Below, in pieces: positions 60,592-64,000 of a stretch of DNA of 64,000 nt. Origin of the DNA: Actinomycetota bacterium (GTDB lineage Bacteria; Actinomycetota; Actinomycetes; S36-B12; UBA5976); contig RFTJ01000004.1 in the NCBI GenBank assembly GCA_009923495.1, positions 15,899 through 79,898 of the forward strand, read 5' to 3'. Within the stretch, counting starts at the first letter, position 1. Every line of letters starts with the position of its first letter. The position numbers and the translations under genes were made by a program. Below the pieces are notes generated by a model. That model was not told where the DNA came from, did no database searches, and worked only from the letters and a program-made list of their open reading frames with translations.

Positions 60592-60608
60592 TTAGGCTAG
60601 GAAGCGCG

Positions 60609-62048
60609 ATGAATCAATCACCCGAACTTATTGCCACTTCGGTGGTGACCCAGGCATTGGCAAAAATGCCTGAAGTTATTGAGTTTGGTGAATTATTTGC
60701 ACAGGCTGGTTATGAATGCGCTTTAGTCGGTGGACCGGTTAGAGACCTACTTTTAGGTCGGCCGATAAAAGATTTAGATTTCACAACGAATGCTACCCCA
60801 GAACAAATGCAAGAGTTTTTAACTCCATGGGCACACACTCTGTGGGATATCGGCATAGAGTTCGGCACACTTGGGGTTCGCCGAGACTCATTTATGGCAG
60901 AGGTAACTACATATCGATCTGAACAATACGACGAGACTAGCCGAAAGCCAATCGTTTCATTTGGCACTGACTTAGCAGACGATTTACTTCGCCGAGATTT
61001 CACGATTAACGCAATGGCGGTACGAATACCAAGTCTTGAGTTTGTCGATTTATTTGATGGAACGAGCGACTTGGTGCGCAAATTAATCCGTACCCCGCGA
61101 GCAGCTGAACTTTCCTTTTCCGACGATCCACTGCGAATGATGCGGGCAGCAAGATTTGCCAGCCAACTTGGCTTTACCCCAGTGGCTGATGTAATTATCG
61201 CGGCAACTGAAATGTCAGACCGGATCAAAATTATTTCTGCCGAACGAATCTGCGATGAACTTTCCAAATTAATTCTGGGCGCCAATCCAGTTGCAGGCTT
61301 AGAAATTCTCGATGGGACTAACTTGGCAGATCACTTCTTGCCCGAACTCCCGGCACTACAACTTGAAATCGATGAGCACCATCGACACAAAGATGTTTAT
61401 GAGCACAGCTTGAAAGTTCTACAGCAAGTTATCGAGTTAGAAACCACCCATGAACCGACTTGTGAGCCGGATTTGGTTCTGCGTTTGGCTGCTCTTCTAC
61501 ACGATATTGGCAAACCGAAAACTCGCAAATTCGAATCAGGTGGAGGAGTCAGTTTCCACCACCACGAAGTAGTTGGTGCCAAGCTTGCCCGCAAGCGGCT
61601 AGTTGCTCTTCGTTATCCAAATGATGTCATCGACTCAGTTTGCAAATTGATTTCGCTGCATTTGCGCTTTCATGGGTACGGTTCGGGACAATGGACCGAC
61701 TCAGCGGTGCGTCGTTATGTCCGTGATGCTGGCGAGGAGTTGACCCGCTTGCACAAACTAACCAGAGCAGACTGCACAACTCGAAATCAACGGCGTGCTC
61801 TTATTCTGGCCAGTACTTATGACGATCTTGAGCAACGCATAGCCGTACTGTCTGAACAAGAAGAATTGAATTCTATGCGCCCAGATTTGGATGGCACTCA
61901 GATCATGGAGATATTGGGGATTGCGCCAGGGCCAATTGTTGGCAAGGCCTACAATTACCTACTTAACTGCCGTCTCGATGATGGGCCAATTGAATACGAT
62001 GAAGCTGTCAAAAAGTTGCGTACTTGGTGGGCTGAACAAGGAAACTAG
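60609..62048 (+). CDS. CCA tRNA nucleotidyltransferase with HD domain
   Basis: VGGPVRD, DLDF, RRDFTINAMA, DDPLRMMRA, LLHDIGKP; consistent with the CCA-less tRNA genes in this window. Confidence 0.95.
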   Translation: MNQSPELIATSVVTQALAKMPEVIEFGELFAQAGYECALVGGPVRDLLLGRPIKDLDFTTNATPEQMQEFLTPWAHTLWDIGIEFGTLGVRRDSFMAEVTTYRSEQYDETSRKPIVSFGTDLADDLLRRDFTINAMAVRIPSLEFVDLFDGTSDLVRKLIRTPRAAELSFSDDPLRMMRAARFASQLGFTPVADVIIAATEMSDRIKIISAERICDELSKLILGANPVAGLEILDGTNLADHFLPELPALQLEIDEHHRHKDVYEHSLKVLQQVIELETTHEPTCEPDLVLRLAALLHDIGKPKTRKFESGGGVSFHHHEVVGAKLARKRLVALRYPNDVIDSVCKLISLHLRFHGYGSGQWTDSAVRRYVRDAGEELTRLHKLTRADCTTRNQRRALILASTYDDLEQRIAVLSEQEELNSMRPDLDGTQIMEILGIAPGPIVGKAYNYLLNCRLDDGPIEYDEAVKKLRTWWAEQGN

Positions 62049-63361
62049 ACCTCTTGTGGTTCAGCCTTTAGTTCACGGACAAAGATCGCACAAACAATGA
62101 AAGTGGATGCAATTACCAAACTCGTTAATAGCTTTTCATCCTGTAGCCGAGGCGTTAAAGCAAATACCGTAATGCCGAGTACCAATGAACCATTGAGAAG
62201 CATGTCAAAAATCGAGAACACACGTCCACGCCAAACATCGTCAAGTGTTGCCTGAATGGTCGTATCGGCGTTTATTTTCAGAAACTGCCCAGTAAGCGCA
62301 ATGACAAAAGCGGCTATGCATACCGAGACCAGAGAGGCAGCTTGAATAGCAATAAAAATTATTGGCAAACAAGCAATACAAGTAATGATGCTTGCTAACC
62401 GCAAGTGCGCTTGGCGCATAACTCGATGTCCTTCGTGATCAGGTTCGGAAAGCAGTAGTGCGCTGATAATCGCTGCAACAAAACCACCGAGTGCTGCGCT
62501 ACCTGCACATGCCCCAAAGTCTGAAATGGAGTTCGTTACCTTGCCACTTGTGCTCCAACTAGTTCGCGACAAAATCAACGCGTAAATAGTAGTAATGCCA
62601 AATGCGAAACGCTGCAACGCAGCAGCGAAAATGCTACGCCGCGCGTTAGTCACCTTACGAAGAATTTTGATGCCGGCATAAAGTTCGCTAACCGAAGCTC
62701 TTAATGGATTTGTTGATTCACTCAATTTTCCGTGCGGTCCCAGAACCGTTCGTGGTTTAATCCGAGTTGCGGACAGACTCGCAACAATTGTGCAGGCACC
62801 ACCAGCCAAAATAAGTGTGGCATTTGCTCTATCTGTAGCACCAAAAATTCTTTGCCCGCCGATACCAATCGCGGCAGCTATCGCTGCACTAGTTGTGCCC
62901 AGGGTGGGAAAAATCGCATTTGCGGTAACCAGGTGTGCTTTAGTTACAACATGCGGAACGCTTGCTGCCAGACAAGCCTGAATGAAGCGAGTAGCACCAA
63001 GACTGGTCAACACCAGTGCGGCTAACAGAAAGTTTTGTCCATGGTTTACGACCACCAAGCAGATAGCGAGCATTAAGCCAGCGCGTAACAAGTTTGCCCA
63101 GAACAAGATCTGTTGCCGAGACCACTTATCAATATAAATACCAACAAATGGGCCAACTATTGAATAAGGAAGTAACAGAATGCCAAAAGCAACAGCAATT
63201 CCAATTGCACTGTTCTGTCGTTCTGGGGAAAAGAGAATAAAAGAAGTTAGGGCAGTCTGCAAAAGACCATCACCGGACTGCCCACTAATGCGGACCAAAA
63301 GCAATAAGCGCGCGTTGCGAAGTTTGAATATCCGAACAATTCGCTTTATTGCTTCAGTCAT
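62045..63361 (-). CDS. MFS transporter
   Basis: FSPER, LLPYSIVGPFVG..IDKWSR, RGRVFSIFD; conserved between the CCA enzyme and ino1. Confidence 0.88.
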   Translation of the reverse strand: MTEAIKRIVRIFKLRNARLLLLVRISGQSGDGLLQTALTSFILFSPERQNSAIGIAVAFGILLLPYSIVGPFVGIYIDKWSRQQILFWANLLRAGLMLAICLVVVNHGQNFLLAALVLTSLGATRFIQACLAASVPHVVTKAHLVTANAIFPTLGTTSAAIAAAIGIGGQRIFGATDRANATLILAGGACTIVASLSATRIKPRTVLGPHGKLSESTNPLRASVSELYAGIKILRKVTNARRSIFAAALQRFAFGITTIYALILSRTSWSTSGKVTNSISDFGACAGSAALGGFVAAIISALLLSEPDHEGHRVMRQAHLRLASIITCIACLPIIFIAIQAASLVSVCIAAFVIALTGQFLKINADTTIQATLDDVWRGRVFSIFDMLLNGSLVLGITVFALTPRLQDEKLLTSLVIASTFIVCAIFVRELKAEPQEV

Positions 63362-63434
63362 TTAATTATTGCCACCGGCTTATCCTTGAGTATTTTTAGC
63401 GTACCGCTTAATCGGAAAAATCAGCAGACAAAGC

Positions 63435-63468
63435 GAATGGGACCTAGTTGCGTTACTAGGTCCCATTC
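63435..63468. terminator. Hairpin terminator downstream of ino1
   Basis: 14-bp perfect stem GAATGGGACCTAGT / ACTAGGTCCCATTC, 6-nt loop, weak U-tract. Confidence 0.7.
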
Positions 63469-63487
63469 TTAAGTTAAGGAGATTTAG

Positions 63488-64000
63488 TTATGCAGTGCCG
63501 TTGATGAACGCTTCAACTTCTAGACGGCATTTTGTATCGTCGTATTGAACTGGTGGGCTTTTCATAAAGTAGCTGGAAGCTGACAAGATCGGTCCGCCGA
63601 TTCCGCGATCTTTTGCAATCTTTGCGGCCCGAATAGCGTCAATGATGACACCAGCTGAATTTGGTGAATCCCAAACTTCTAACTTGTATTCAAGGTTTAG
63701 TGGAACATCACCGAAGGCACGGCCTTCTAGGCGGACGAATGCCCACTTGCGATCATCTAACCAAGCAACATAGTCGCTCGGTCCAATGTGAACATTTCGG
63801 TCAGCAATGTCATGGGAAAGTTGAGATGTGACGGACTGAGTCTTCGAAATCTTTTTTGATTCAAGACGATCGCGTTCCAACATGTTCATAAAGTCCATGT
63901 TTCCACCAACATTTAGCTGGTAGGTGCGGTCGACAATGACGCCACGATCTTCAAATAGTTTCGCCAGCACGCGGTGAGTAATTGTCGCACCAACCTGGCT
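63488..64000 (-). CDS. ino1: Inositol-3-phosphate synthase (3' part; starts beyond window)
   Basis: [42 protein letters not shown]. Confidence 0.96.
   Translation of the reverse strand, partial: SQVGATITHRVLAKLFEDRGVIVDRTYQLNVGGNMDFMNMLERDRLESKKISKTQSVTSQLSHDIADRNVHIGPSDYVAWLDDRKWAFVRLEGRAFGDVPLNLEYKLEVWDSPNSAGVIIDAIRAAKIAKDRGIGGPILSASSYFMKSPPVQYDDTKCRLEVEAFINGTA

Noticed and set aside
60710-61285. 191-aa minus-strand ORF and similar antisense ORFs throughout the window
   Set aside because: Fully nested opposite well-supported conserved genes and lacking recognisable motifs

Overview
Chromosomal origin region of a low-GC, streamlined actinobacterium. The assignment to a freshwater-type lineage is inferred from base composition judged by eye, tight gene packing and loss of usually linked genes. 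The core is dnaA-oriC-dnaN-recF-dciA-gyrB-gyrA-DUF3566-tRNA-Ile-DLW-39-tRNA-Ala on the minus strand, and rpmH-rnpA-yidD-yidC-jag-rsmG-parA-parB on the plus strand with three parS sites. These are followed by cwlM, trxA/B, a MurJ-associated pseudokinase, murJ, DUF6049, the CCA-adding enzyme, an MFS transporter and ino1. To the left lie dnaB with its own DnaA boxes, the whiB4/ponA2/crp/nth/acs/nhaA block, a 6C-type sRNA, an ssd-tad (Flp pilus) cluster, tRNA-Arg, a patch of accessory genes, a DEAD-box helicase, a hendecad coiled-coil protein and the pnt transhydrogenase genes. I found no integrase, transposase, CRISPR array or prophage. The most notable unexplained signals are: (1) a 69-bp exact tandem duplication of tRNA-Ile-derived fragments in the tRNA-Ile leader; (2) an identically spaced three-part DNA motif upstream of both ssd and the Flp pilin gene; (3) a near-consensus CRP site plus two DnaA-like boxes in the convergent parB/cwlM gap; (4) a five-C variant of the 6C RNA with a possible pairing site in the gyrB leader; and (5) truncations of MarP and CwlM. 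Family assignments come from motif recognition by eye, not from database searches.
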